Source: Algiphilus sp.
Lineage (GTDB): Bacteria > Pseudomonadota > Gammaproteobacteria > Nevskiales > Nevskiaceae
Direction: 5' to 3' (one strand)
Length of the DNA: 64,000 nucleotides
NCBI RefSeq assembly: GCF_965249985.1
Contig: NZ_OZ252280.1
Within the stretch, counting starts at the first letter, position 1. Each line of letters starts with the position of its first letter. The notes under the pieces were generated by a model. That model searched no databases. It was not told the origin of the DNA and was given only the letters and a program-made list of their open reading frames with translations. The translations under genes and the position numbers were made by a program. Below, piece by piece: positions 26,866 to 37,110 of this stretch.

Positions 26866-29096
26866 GCGCCGCGGATTGGGCAGCCTTTGATGCTGCGCCC
26901 TTGCTGGACGTGGTCAGCACGCCCAGCAGCGGAGCGCGGCGCGAAGCCGTTCTGGGCATCGACGGCATGCATTGCGGCGCGTGTGTGCGGCACGTGGAGC
27001 GTGCGCTGGCGCCCTTCACCGAGGACGTTCAGGTACAGCTGACCGCCGGTCTCGCCACCTTCAGCTGGGATACGCGACGGCATCGTCTGTCCGATCTGAT
27101 GGATGCGCTGTCCGCGGCCGGCTTCCGGCCATCGCCGCTGGGCGATGCTTCCCTCGAGGCCGCCGCCCGCAAGGAGCGTCGGACCGCGCTCAAGCGGATT
27201 GGCGTCGCCGCCATTCTTGGCATGCAGGTGATGATGCTGGCGAGCGGTCATTATTTCGGCACCATCGACCCGGCACAGGCCAGCATCCTGCGCTGGGCGG
27301 AACTGCTGCTGGCCACCCCCGTGGCGCTCTATGGGGGCTGGCCCTTCCTGCGCGGCGCAACGCGGGCGCTGCGCCTTCACACCATGACCATGGACGTGCC
27401 AGTGGCGGTCGCCATTTCCCTCGCCTTTCTGGTCAGTGCCTGGCATACCGTGATCGGTCAGGGCGATGTGTATTTCGATTCGGTCGTCATGTTCGTCTTT
27501 CTGCTGCTGGGTGCACGCACCTTGCAGGACATGGGCAAGGCGCGCGCCGCCTCGCATCTGCGACGGCTGAGCAGTGCCCAGCCCAGCGTAGCCCAGCGCT
27601 GCGAGGCGGAAGGCGTGCGCAGCGTGCCCGTGGCGACACTTGCCGTCGGCGATCGCGTGGTGGTGGCTCCGGGCGAAGGGGTCCCGGTAGACGGTTCGCT
27701 TGAGGCCGTCGCCGGCGCCTTCGACGAATCGCTGCTCACCGGGGAATCCGCGGCGGTGCAGCGCGGCCCCGGCGACAGCGTCATGGCCGGCAGCATCAAT
27801 GTGGGGCACAGCCCGGTCACGATCGCCGTTGAGCGTGTCGGGCAGGGCAGCGCGCTGTCGCAGGTCACGCGGCTGATGCAGCGTGCCGAGAACGAAAGGC
27901 CGCGCGTGCAGATGATCGCGGACCGCGTCGCGGGCTGGTTCCTGTCCTTCATGCTGGGCCTGGTCGCGGTCGCCCTCATGGTGTGGTGGCCACAGGACCC
28001 GTCCACCGCCATCGCGGTCGTGCTGGCGCTGCTGGTGGCCACCTGTCCGTGCGCGCTCTCGCTGGCGGTTCCGGCGGTGCTCGCTTCCGCCAGCTCCCGC
28101 CTGGCCCGGCAGGGTACGGTGCTGGCGCGTGCCGACGTGCTGTTGCGGCTGCGCACGGTGGATACGGTGTGCTTCGACAAGACCGGCACGCTGACCACGG
28201 GTTCGCTCACCCTCGAGCGGACGCTGCCCCTGGGGCAACGGTCGGCGGCGCAATGCCGCCAGCTGGCCGCGGCACTGGAGTCGGGCAGTTCGCACCCCAT
28301 TGCGCGGGCGTTGGCGTCCGAGCAGGCGGGCTTGGCCGCCCACGACATCACCTTCGAAGCGGGGGTGGGCGTACGCGGTGTCATTGACGGCGGTCGCTAC
28401 GCCCTCGGTGCGCCCGAGGCGCTGGCCGACGCCGCCCGCCTTGCCATTCCTGACGATGCACCGGGCCTGACCTGGGTTCTGCTTACCGAGGAGGGCGCCC
28501 CGTTGGCGCTATTCGGCTTTTCTCCGCAGTTGCGTCCGGATGCCGCCGCCACGGTGCGTCAGCTGCAGGCCTCGGGACTGACGGTGGTCATGCTGTCCGG
28601 CGACGCCGAGTCGGCCGTGCGGCACATGGCGGGGCGTCTGGGCATCCAGCACGCCTACGCCCGCCAATCGCCGGGCGACAAGTTGGCGCGGCTGCAGGCG
28701 CTGCGCGCCGAAGGGCATGCGGTGCTTGCGGTGGGGGATGGCGTCAATGACGCGCCCCTCCTGACGGCGGCCGATGCCTCGGTCGCACTGGCCTCGGGCA
28801 GCGCGCTGAGTCAGGCCCACGCCGACGCGCTGCTGACGCGCAGTTGCCTGGCCGGACTGGTGGAGCTGATCGCTACCGCGCAACGCGCCCGCCGCACCGT
28901 AGTCCAGAACCTGAGCTGGGCCGCGACCTACAACACCGTCATGGTGCCGCTGGCCTTTTCCGGTGTCCTCGTTCCCTGGATTGCGGCCCTCGGCATGGGC
29001 TTCAGTTCGCTGGTAGTGGTCGGCAATGCCTTGCGCCTGTCGAAGCGCAATGACGCGAAGGATGCCGTTGCCGACCCCGTGTCGCAGCCCGCCTAG
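26862..29096 (+). CDS. ccoI: Copper-translocating P1B-type ATPase CcoI/FixI
   Basis: HMA domain 'GIDGMHCGACVRHVERAL', 'CPCALSLA', phosphorylation site 'FDKTGTLT', 'GDGVNDAP'. Confidence 0.93.
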   Translation: MSAADWAAFDAAPLLDVVSTPSSGARREAVLGIDGMHCGACVRHVERALAPFTEDVQVQLTAGLATFSWDTRRHRLSDLMDALSAAGFRPSPLGDASLEAAARKERRTALKRIGVAAILGMQVMMLASGHYFGTIDPAQASILRWAELLLATPVALYGGWPFLRGATRALRLHTMTMDVPVAVAISLAFLVSAWHTVIGQGDVYFDSVVMFVFLLLGARTLQDMGKARAASHLRRLSSAQPSVAQRCEAEGVRSVPVATLAVGDRVVVAPGEGVPVDGSLEAVAGAFDESLLTGESAAVQRGPGDSVMAGSINVGHSPVTIAVERVGQGSALSQVTRLMQRAENERPRVQMIADRVAGWFLSFMLGLVAVALMVWWPQDPSTAIAVVLALLVATCPCALSLAVPAVLASASSRLARQGTVLARADVLLRLRTVDTVCFDKTGTLTTGSLTLERTLPLGQRSAAQCRQLAAALESGSSHPIARALASEQAGLAAHDITFEAGVGVRGVIDGGRYALGAPEALADAARLAIPDDAPGLTWVLLTEEGAPLALFGFSPQLRPDAAATVRQLQASGLTVVMLSGDAESAVRHMAGRLGIQHAYARQSPGDKLARLQALRAEGHAVLAVGDGVNDAPLLTAADASVALASGSALSQAHADALLTRSCLAGLVELIATAQRARRTVVQNLSWAATYNTVMVPLAFSGVLVPWIAALGMGFSSLVVVGNALRLSKRNDAKDAVADPVSQPA

Positions 29097-29107
29097 GAGG
29101 GCGTGTC

Positions 29108-29248
29108 ATGCTGAGCCTCTATCTGTTGATTCCACTGTCCCTGGCCCTGGTAGGCGTGGCCTGCTGGTTCTTCTTCTTCGCGGTCGACAGCGGGCAGCTC
29201 GATAACCTCGACGAGATCGGTAAGCGCATGCCGGACGACGAGGAGTGA
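29108..29248 (+). CDS. ccoS: cbb3 oxidase maturation protein CcoS/FixS (46 aa; below ORF-track cutoff)
   Basis: Hand translation: 'MLSLYLLIPLSLALVGVACWFFFFAVDSGQLDNLDEIGKRMPDDEE'. The CcoS pattern is a TM helix followed by 'SGQ.D.L'. Confidence 0.8.
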   Translation: MLSLYLLIPLSLALVGVACWFFFFAVDSGQLDNLDEIGKRMPDDEE

Positions 29249-29254
29249 TGCCGC

Positions 29255-29887
29255 ATGCTTAGCGGTATTGCGCTGACTGCGCCCGCCTTCTTCCTGGCGG
29301 GTCTGGCCGCCTCTCCGCACTGTGGCTTGATGTGCGCGGCGGTTGCCCGTATCGCTACGGGCCAGGCGGGGGAGAGCCATCATGCCCACCAGGCCCTGAT
29401 GGTCAATCTGGGGCGCGTTTTTGCGTACATTGTCTTTGGCGCCCTCGCTGGTGCCGCGGGCGGCTGGCTGATGTTGAGCTTGCCCAGCGATGACTGGGGC
29501 AATGGTCTGCGCCTGATGGCCGCGGCGGCCGTGATCGCGGTGGGGCTGATGCACTTGCGTCGCAGACCGCCGCCCTGCATGCAGCGGGCGCACCGCCCGG
29601 CGCAGCTTTTTGGGCGCGGCATGGCGTGGGCCCTGGTTCCCTGCCCGATGCTCTATGCCGTGCTTGCCTTGTGCGCGCTCAGTGGAGGGATGGTCAGCGG
29701 CGCAGTGCTGGCCGGTGCCTTCGGGCTTGGCACGCTGCCCGCCATGACGGCGCTCGCCTTCGGCGGCCAGCGCCTGACGGCTGGGGCAGCACGGGCCACC
29801 GGGGCCACTGTGATGCTGTTGTTCGGCGGACTGACGGTGCTTGGGGTACTGCTGCCGAATGTCGTGACCCTTCCCTGGTGTCGCTAG
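29255..29887 (+). CDS. DsbD_2 / TauE-SafE-like membrane protein commonly found after ccoS
   Basis: 'AFFLAGLAASPHCGLMCAAV...' plus multiple TM segments. It occupies the same position as the hypothetical membrane gene between ccoS and hemN in Pseudomonas-type clusters. Confidence 0.72.
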   Translation: MLSGIALTAPAFFLAGLAASPHCGLMCAAVARIATGQAGESHHAHQALMVNLGRVFAYIVFGALAGAAGGWLMLSLPSDDWGNGLRLMAAAAVIAVGLMHLRRRPPPCMQRAHRPAQLFGRGMAWALVPCPMLYAVLALCALSGGMVSGAVLAGAFGLGTLPAMTALAFGGQRLTAGAARATGATVMLLFGGLTVLGVLLPNVVTLPWCR

Positions 29888-29908
29888 GGGCTAAGCGCAC
29901 CCCGGCGA

Positions 29909-29922
29909 TTGATGTGTATCAA
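29909..29922 (+). promoter_or_regulatory. Perfect FNR/Anr box upstream of hemN
   Basis: TTGAT-gtgt-ATCAA matches the consensus TTGAT-N4-ATCAA at 10 of 10 positions. The centre is 64.5 nt upstream of the hemN ATG. Confidence 0.72.
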
Positions 29923-29979
29923 GGCACGGGGCGCACTGCGGGAGCAGCATAGCGAAATCCTGTATCCGGGACGCGTTCC

Positions 29980-31431
29980 ATGCCCGCCCTTGCCACCGAT
30001 TCCGCTTCGCCTCCTACCCTCACTCACGCTGCCGCGGTGCGCTCGTCGTACCCTTTGCCCGTACCCGAATCCCTGATCGCGCGCTACGACGGCTACGCGC
30101 CGCGCTACACCTCCTATCCGACGGCGGCGGAGTTCCGCTCGGATTTTGATGCCGGGCGACTGGATGCGGCCATTGCAGCCGGCAATCTGCTGCCCGATGC
30201 GCCGGATCTGTCCCTCTATCTGCATCTGCCCTTCTGTCGGGAGGCCTGCTGGTACTGCGCCTGCCATCGCGCCATCACGCACCGTCCCGAGCGCGCCGCA
30301 CGCTACCTGCAGGCGCTGTACCAGGAGATCGCGCAGCGCGGTGGTCAGATTACCGGGCATCGGCGCGTGCGCCAGCTGCATCTCGGCGGCGGCACGCCCA
30401 CCTTCTATCGCATGGAGGAACTGGCTGGGCTGCTTGCGCACATCGCGCGCCATTTCCACATCGCCGAGCGCGCGGAACGCGAATGGTCCATCGAGATCGA
30501 CCCGCGCACGGTGGCGCCGGATGAGGCCCAGGCGCTGGTGGCGATGGGTTTCGACCGGGTGTCGATGGGTATTCAGGATTTCGACCCGACCGTGCAGCAG
30601 GCGATTCATCGCCAGCAGGACGTCCGCATGGTGCGCGCGCTGGTGGAATCCGTGCGCGCGGCCGGTGTGCGGGGCATCAGCTTTGATCTGATCTATGGCC
30701 TGCCCTGGCAGACCGTGGCCGGTTTCCGGCGCACGCTGCGCGTGGTCAAACAGCTTCGGCCGGACCGCGTCTCGATCTATGGCTACGCCCACATGCCGGA
30801 TCGCTTTCGCCTGCAATCGCTGATCCCCAATGCGGCGCTGCCCGATGCCGCTACCCGCCTGCAGCTGATGGCCGCCTGCCATCACGAGCTGGCGGAGGCT
30901 GGCTATGTGCACGTCGGCATGGATCACTTTGCGCTCGCCCACGATCCGCTGGTGCAGGCGCAGCGCGACGGCAGCCTGCAACGCAATTTCCAGGGTTACA
31001 GCACTTTGGGCGGCTGTGATCTCATCGGCATGGGCGCCAGCGCCATTTCGCAGGTCGGTGGCGTCTACGGGCAGAACGCCAGTGCTATTGCCGATTGGGA
31101 GCAGCGTGTGGCCGAGGGCCGCAGGGCGGTCGCGCGCGGCTACGCGATGACCGCCGACGACCAGCTGCGTTCGGACATCATCCAGTCCCTGATGTGTCAT
31201 GGTCGGGTCGATCTCGTCGCCATCGAAGGCCGCCACGGCATCGATTTCGCGGACTATTTCGCGTCCCTGCAACCTACCCTGGCGCGTATGGCCGATGACG
31301 GACTGTTGCACCTGGGCCGCCGGGTGCTCGCGCTGACCGAGCGCGGGCGCTTCCTGATGCGCAGTGTGGCCGTGCTCTTTGACGCGCATCGTGGCGCGGA
31401 GTCCGCCACGCGCTTTTCTCGCGCGATCTGA
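29980..31431 (+). CDS. hemN: Oxygen-independent coproporphyrinogen III oxidase (radical SAM)
   Basis: 'RYTSYPTA', radical-SAM motif 'YLHLPFCREACWYCAC', 'GGGTPTF', 'RNFQGYS'. Confidence 0.95.
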   Translation: MPALATDSASPPTLTHAAAVRSSYPLPVPESLIARYDGYAPRYTSYPTAAEFRSDFDAGRLDAAIAAGNLLPDAPDLSLYLHLPFCREACWYCACHRAITHRPERAARYLQALYQEIAQRGGQITGHRRVRQLHLGGGTPTFYRMEELAGLLAHIARHFHIAERAEREWSIEIDPRTVAPDEAQALVAMGFDRVSMGIQDFDPTVQQAIHRQQDVRMVRALVESVRAAGVRGISFDLIYGLPWQTVAGFRRTLRVVKQLRPDRVSIYGYAHMPDRFRLQSLIPNAALPDAATRLQLMAACHHELAEAGYVHVGMDHFALAHDPLVQAQRDGSLQRNFQGYSTLGGCDLIGMGASAISQVGGVYGQNASAIADWEQRVAEGRRAVARGYAMTADDQLRSDIIQSLMCHGRVDLVAIEGRHGIDFADYFASLQPTLARMADDGLLHLGRRVLALTERGRFLMRSVAVLFDAHRGAESATRFSRAI

Positions 31432-31483
31432 AGCGGCGCGGGCCGTCTCGCCGCCGCGCAGTGCCGGCGGTGAGTCGCTATGA

Positions 31484-32683
<1,200 letters not shown>

Positions 32684-32694
32684 GTCCCACCGCC

Positions 32695-33177
32695 TCAGGC
32701 GGCGAGGGCAGCCTCGATGTCGCCGCGCAGCTTCTCGGGCTTGTCGGTGGGCGCATAGCGCTTGAGCACCTTGCCATCCTTGCCGACCAGGAACTTGGTG
32801 AAGTTCCACTTGATGGCGCCGGTGCCGAGCAATCCGGACTTCTCGTTCTTGAGGTACTGGAACAGCGGATGCGCCTTGTCGCCGTTGACATCGACCTTCG
32901 CGAACATCGGGAAGCTGACGTCATAGGTGGTGCTGCAGAAGCTGGCAATGTCCTCCGCGTTGCCCGGTTCCTGATTGGCGAACTGGTTGCAGGGGAAGCC
33001 GAGCACTTCGAAACCCCGCGCGTGATAGTCGCGATAGAGCGCTTCCAGCCCGGTGTACTGCGGCGTGAAGCCGCACTTGGAGGCGACGTTGACGATCAGC
33101 AGCACCTTGCCGCGGAAGGCCTCCAGCGTGGTAGGTGTGCCGTCCAGGCGCTGTGCCTCGATGTTGAATAATTCCAT
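32695..33177 (-). CDS. Glutathione peroxidase (Cys-type)
   Basis: 'GKVLLIVNVASKCGFTPQYTGLEALY', 'FPCNQFANQEPG', 'IKWNFTKFLV'. I prefer the start at 33177 ('MELFNIE', GGAG 8 nt upstream). In-frame alternatives are at 33189 and 33258. Confidence 0.9.
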   Translation of the reverse strand: MELFNIEAQRLDGTPTTLEAFRGKVLLIVNVASKCGFTPQYTGLEALYRDYHARGFEVLGFPCNQFANQEPGNAEDIASFCSTTYDVSFPMFAKVDVNGDKAHPLFQYLKNEKSGLLGTGAIKWNFTKFLVGKDGKVLKRYAPTDKPEKLRGDIEAALAA

Positions 33178-33278
33178 GCGCTGCTCCATGTTGATCCCGC
33201 GACAGCCTAGCACCGGGCCCGTCCGCGGCGTCCGGCGCAGCGCGCGATGTTCATCCATCGTGTCGAGAAGGAGGGGGA

Positions 33279-34835
33279 ATGCACAGCCTGCATTGGCTGG
33301 ATTACGTGGTGCTGGGGGGCTATCTGGCGATATTGGTGGTGGTCTGCCTGCGCGTGGCGAGGCGCAGCCCTACTGCCGATGACCTGTTTCTGGCGGGGCG
33401 CAGCCTCGGCGTGGGCGTGGTCGGCCTTTCGCTGTTCGCCTCGAACATTTCCTCCACCACATTGATCGGCCTGCCCGGCGCCGCCTGGCAGTCGGGCATC
33501 GCGGTGGCGAACTATGAATGGATGGCCGCGCTGGTGCTGGTTTTTTCAGCCCTGTTTGTTGTACCCCGGCTGCTGCGGGCGCGGGTCACCACCATCCCAC
33601 AATGGCTGGAGCGCCGCTTCGACGCGCGGCTGCGCAAGTATCTTTCCGCGGTCACGGTCTTCCTGAGCATCATGCTGGATACCGCCGGCAGCCTCTATGC
33701 GGGCGCGCTGGTGCTGCTGCTGTTCTTTCCGAGCCTCTCGCTTGCCCCCACGATCGCCGTGATCGCGTTGTTGGCGGGGCTCTACACCGCTGCCGGCGGC
33801 CTGCGCGCGGTGGCCTACACCGATGTGCTGCAAACCATCGTGCTACTCGCCGGTTCGCTCCTGCTCACGGTGATGGTCTTTGGAGAATTCGACTATTCCT
33901 GGGCTGCGGTCAAGGCGGCGCTGCCGCCGGAGCAACTGTCGCTGATTCGGCCATTGGATGACCCGCAGCTGCCCTGGTTGGGTACCTTGATCGGCCTTCC
34001 GGTGCTGGGCTTCTACTACTGGACGATGAACCAGTACGTGTCGCAACGCCTGCTCGGCGCGCGCAATCAGGCCACAGCCGGGCGGGGGGCGATGCTGGCG
34101 GCCGCGCTCAAGCTGCTGCCCCTGTTCATCATGGTGCTGCCGGGCGCGATGGCGGCGGCCCTGTTCACCGATCTGGAACGGGCCGACATGGTTTTTCCGA
34201 CGCTGATCGCAGAATACGCCCCGGTGGGCGTCGCCGGTCTGATCCTGGCCGGTTTGCTCGCCGCCATCATGTCGAGCGTGGACTCGGCGCTGAACTCCTC
34301 ATCCACCCTGATCTCGGTGGATTTCATCGCGCCGCGCAAGCCAGATTGGGATGCCCAGGCCATGGCGCGCACCGGCCGCGGCATCACGCTGCTGCTGATG
34401 CTGGTGGCGGCGGTGTGGGCGCCGATGATCGACCGCTTCCCGGGCCTCTTCGCCTACCTGCAGCAGGGCTTCGCCTACGTCACGCCGCCACTGGTGGCGG
34501 TGTTTCTGCTGGGCAGCTTCTCGCATTGGCTGAGCGCGCGCGCGGCGCTGCGCACGGTCGTCACAGGCCATGTTGCCAGCAGCCTCTGCTTCGTCGCCAG
34601 CCAGGCTGGCTGGATCGATCTGCACTTCACCATCGTCGCCGGCTTGCTGCTGGGCTTCAGTCTGGTCGCGGCCTGTCTGTGGCACCGCGTCGAAGGCGGC
34701 GTGGCCGCGCTGCAACGGGATGAGGCGGTTGCAGCCGAGATCCGCGCCGGGCTGCAGGGCCTGCCCAAGGACGTCCTTGCCGCCGCTATCGCGCTGGTGG
34801 CCCTTATTGCGGCATTAGTGTGGTGTTTTCGCTGA
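33279..34835 (+). CDS. Sodium:solute symporter (SSS/SGLT-like family)
   Basis: 'DLFLAGRSLGVGVVGLSLFASNISSTTLIGLPGAAW', 'TIPQWLERRF', about 13 TM segments. Confidence 0.88.
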   Translation: MHSLHWLDYVVLGGYLAILVVVCLRVARRSPTADDLFLAGRSLGVGVVGLSLFASNISSTTLIGLPGAAWQSGIAVANYEWMAALVLVFSALFVVPRLLRARVTTIPQWLERRFDARLRKYLSAVTVFLSIMLDTAGSLYAGALVLLLFFPSLSLAPTIAVIALLAGLYTAAGGLRAVAYTDVLQTIVLLAGSLLLTVMVFGEFDYSWAAVKAALPPEQLSLIRPLDDPQLPWLGTLIGLPVLGFYYWTMNQYVSQRLLGARNQATAGRGAMLAAALKLLPLFIMVLPGAMAAALFTDLERADMVFPTLIAEYAPVGVAGLILAGLLAAIMSSVDSALNSSSTLISVDFIAPRKPDWDAQAMARTGRGITLLLMLVAAVWAPMIDRFPGLFAYLQQGFAYVTPPLVAVFLLGSFSHWLSARAALRTVVTGHVASSLCFVASQAGWIDLHFTIVAGLLLGFSLVAACLWHRVEGGVAALQRDEAVAAEIRAGLQGLPKDVLAAAIALVALIAALVWCFR

Positions 34836-37071
34836 CCGGATCCGGACCGGGGAGCCTGACCGCTTCGAGGAAGTCGTCCCCCCAGCGGCGCAGGTCGTAG
34901 TACTCCACGATCTCGTAGAGCTGGCGCAGCCGCCCCTCGGCCTCGGCGCGGCCCATGTTAAGCGCGACATAGAGGCCCGAGGCGAGGTCATCGGTGTCAT
35001 GGGGGTTGGTCAGAAGCGCACCCTTGAGCTCGGCCGCGGCGCCAGCGAACTCGGATAGCACCAGCACGCCGCGACCACCGATGGCGCCCTGTACCGCGAC
35101 GTACTCCTTGGCCACCAGGTTGAGGCCATCGCGCAAAGGCGTGATCCACATCACATCCGCCATTGCGTAATAGGCGACCAAGTCGGCGAAGGGCACCGGG
35201 CGGAAGAAGAACTGCACCGGCGTCCAGCCGACCTGCGAGAAATGGCCATTGATGCGGCCCACGGCCTGCTCGATCTGGTTCTGCAGTTCCGCATAGACGC
35301 GCATCTCGCGCGCCGCTGGCACGCAGATCACCATCAGGGTGACCTTGCCGAGCAGCTCGGGCTGATCCTCGAGCAGTTGCTCAAAGGCGAGCAGCTTTTC
35401 GAGAGTGCCCTTGGTGTAGTCGAGCCGCTCGACCGAGAGGATCATCTTGACGCCGCGCACTTCCTGGCGCAGCGCTTCGACCTTGCCAGCGGCCTCCGCT
35501 TCGCGGAAGGCCGTCTGCACGCGCGTCACATCGAGCCCCACCGGGTGTGCGCCCAGTCGCACCACGCGGTCGTTGACCTGCAGGGCGGTGGTGACGTTTT
35601 CCAGCCCCATGGCGCAGCCGTAGGTCAGGAAGCGGGGCGCACAGTGTTCGCGCTCCAGCACGATGGAGGGCGCCGATCCGCGCACCACATCGACAAAATT
35701 CTCCACCTGCCGCGGAATGTGGAAGCCGACGTAATCGCACTGCAGCAGACTGCCCACGATCTGTCGTCGCCAGGGAATGACGTTGAAGACGTCGGCGGAA
35801 GGGAAGTAGGTGTGGTGGAAGAAGGCGATCTTGACGTCCGGCCGCAGCTCGCGCAGATAGGCTGGCACCAGCCACAGGTTGTAGTCGTGGATCCAGACCA
35901 CCGCATTGGGCGCGGCCTCGCGTGCGGCGGCCTCGGCAAAAATCCGGTTGACGCGCGCGAAGACCTCCCAGTGCTCCTTGCGGAAGACAGCGCGTTCCCA
36001 GAAGGTGTGCAAGGTCGGCCAGAAGGCCTCCTTGGAAAAGCGCTTGTAGAAGATGTCGACGTCCTGCTTGCTGAGCAGGACCCGCGAGCACACAAGATTC
36101 GGATAGGCGTCATCGTCGACGCTGGTGTGTGCTTCGAAGTCGCCCTTGCGTGGTTCGTAAGTGGTCCAGGCCACCCAGGCGCCCTTCTTGCCGTCGGCGA
36201 AGAAGCTGAGCAGGGTCGGGATGATGCCGTTGGGCGACTGATGCGCACGCCGCTTGAGCACGCCGTTGTCGACGTATTCCTCGTAGGGCAGGCGGTGATA
36301 GACCACCACCAATTCGGCTTTGCCGGTATCGGCTTCGCGGGTATCAATCTCGGCCACGCCCTTCTCGCCGAGAAAACCGAAGTGGGCGATGGCCTCGAGA
36401 ATGCCGCCGCAGCCCGGCTTCTTGGCATGCAGCACATGGGCGTTGTTGCGCGTGGCTTCCAGCAGGCCGGGCTCGCTCTGACCGACTGCGACCGATTTGA
36501 AGCCCTCCTGCAGCATCGATAGGTCGTTGAGCGTATCGCCCGCGGTGAGAACCTGCTCCGGGTCCAGCTCGAGATGGCGGATGAGCGCACGCAGGCTGCT
36601 GCCCTTGTTGACGCCGCGCGGCAGCACGTCGAGGTAGAGGTCGGCCGAATACAGCAGGTCGCAGCCCAGAGCCTCCACTTCTGCGCGCACTGCATCGGTG
36701 ACCGCGTCGTAGTCGCAGAAATAGGAGCAGCGGCGCTCCTGCGGCAGGGCCTGACGCTCAAGCCCCTCGAATTGCGCCATGACTTCGACGATGGCCTGTT
36801 CGCCCGGCCAGCGCTTTTCGATGTGCGCCTGCAACGGCTGAATTGGTTGCCGCGTGTGGCCGTGGACCACCGTTGCGCCGACGTCACAGACCACGTAGTC
36901 GGGGGTGGGGAGCGCGGGATCGTCGAGCAGGGGCATGACCGCCTCCAGGCCGCGTCCGGTGACGTAGCAGAGCTGGATATGCGGATGACGATCGATGAGG
37001 TAATACAGGCGGTGACGGTCCTCGGCTGTACCAGCGAGGAAGGTCCCGTCCAGATCAGTGGCTAGCAGCAT
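34804..37071 (-). CDS. Bifunctional HAD-IIB phosphatase + GT20 glycosyltransferase, GgpPS-like (glucosylglycerol-phosphate synthase/phosphatase candidate)
   Basis: N-terminus 'LLATDLDGTFL...YVTGRG...GDTLNDLSML' is HAD-IIB. The C-terminal ~500 aa is GT20 with GgpS-like rather than OtsA-like motifs ('SPNGIIPTLLSFFAD', 'IHDYNLWLVPAYLR', 'IAFFHHTYFPS', 'ITPLRDGLNLVAKEY'). Domain order is phosphatase then synthase. Confidence 0.72.
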   Translation of the reverse strand: MLLATDLDGTFLAGTAEDRHRLYYLIDRHPHIQLCYVTGRGLEAVMPLLDDPALPTPDYVVCDVGATVVHGHTRQPIQPLQAHIEKRWPGEQAIVEVMAQFEGLERQALPQERRCSYFCDYDAVTDAVRAEVEALGCDLLYSADLYLDVLPRGVNKGSSLRALIRHLELDPEQVLTAGDTLNDLSMLQEGFKSVAVGQSEPGLLEATRNNAHVLHAKKPGCGGILEAIAHFGFLGEKGVAEIDTREADTGKAELVVVYHRLPYEEYVDNGVLKRRAHQSPNGIIPTLLSFFADGKKGAWVAWTTYEPRKGDFEAHTSVDDDAYPNLVCSRVLLSKQDVDIFYKRFSKEAFWPTLHTFWERAVFRKEHWEVFARVNRIFAEAAAREAAPNAVVWIHDYNLWLVPAYLRELRPDVKIAFFHHTYFPSADVFNVIPWRRQIVGSLLQCDYVGFHIPRQVENFVDVVRGSAPSIVLEREHCAPRFLTYGCAMGLENVTTALQVNDRVVRLGAHPVGLDVTRVQTAFREAEAAGKVEALRQEVRGVKMILSVERLDYTKGTLEKLLAFEQLLEDQPELLGKVTLMVICVPAAREMRVYAELQNQIEQAVGRINGHFSQVGWTPVQFFFRPVPFADLVAYYAMADVMWITPLRDGLNLVAKEYVAVQGAIGGRGVLVLSEFAGAAAELKGALLTNPHDTDDLASGLYVALNMGRAEAEGRLRQLYEIVEYYDLRRWGDDFLEAVRLPGPDPVSENTTLMPQ

Positions 37072-37110
37072 GCAATCTATCTGAACACAAAGCGAAGGCG
37101 CACGGGGAGC

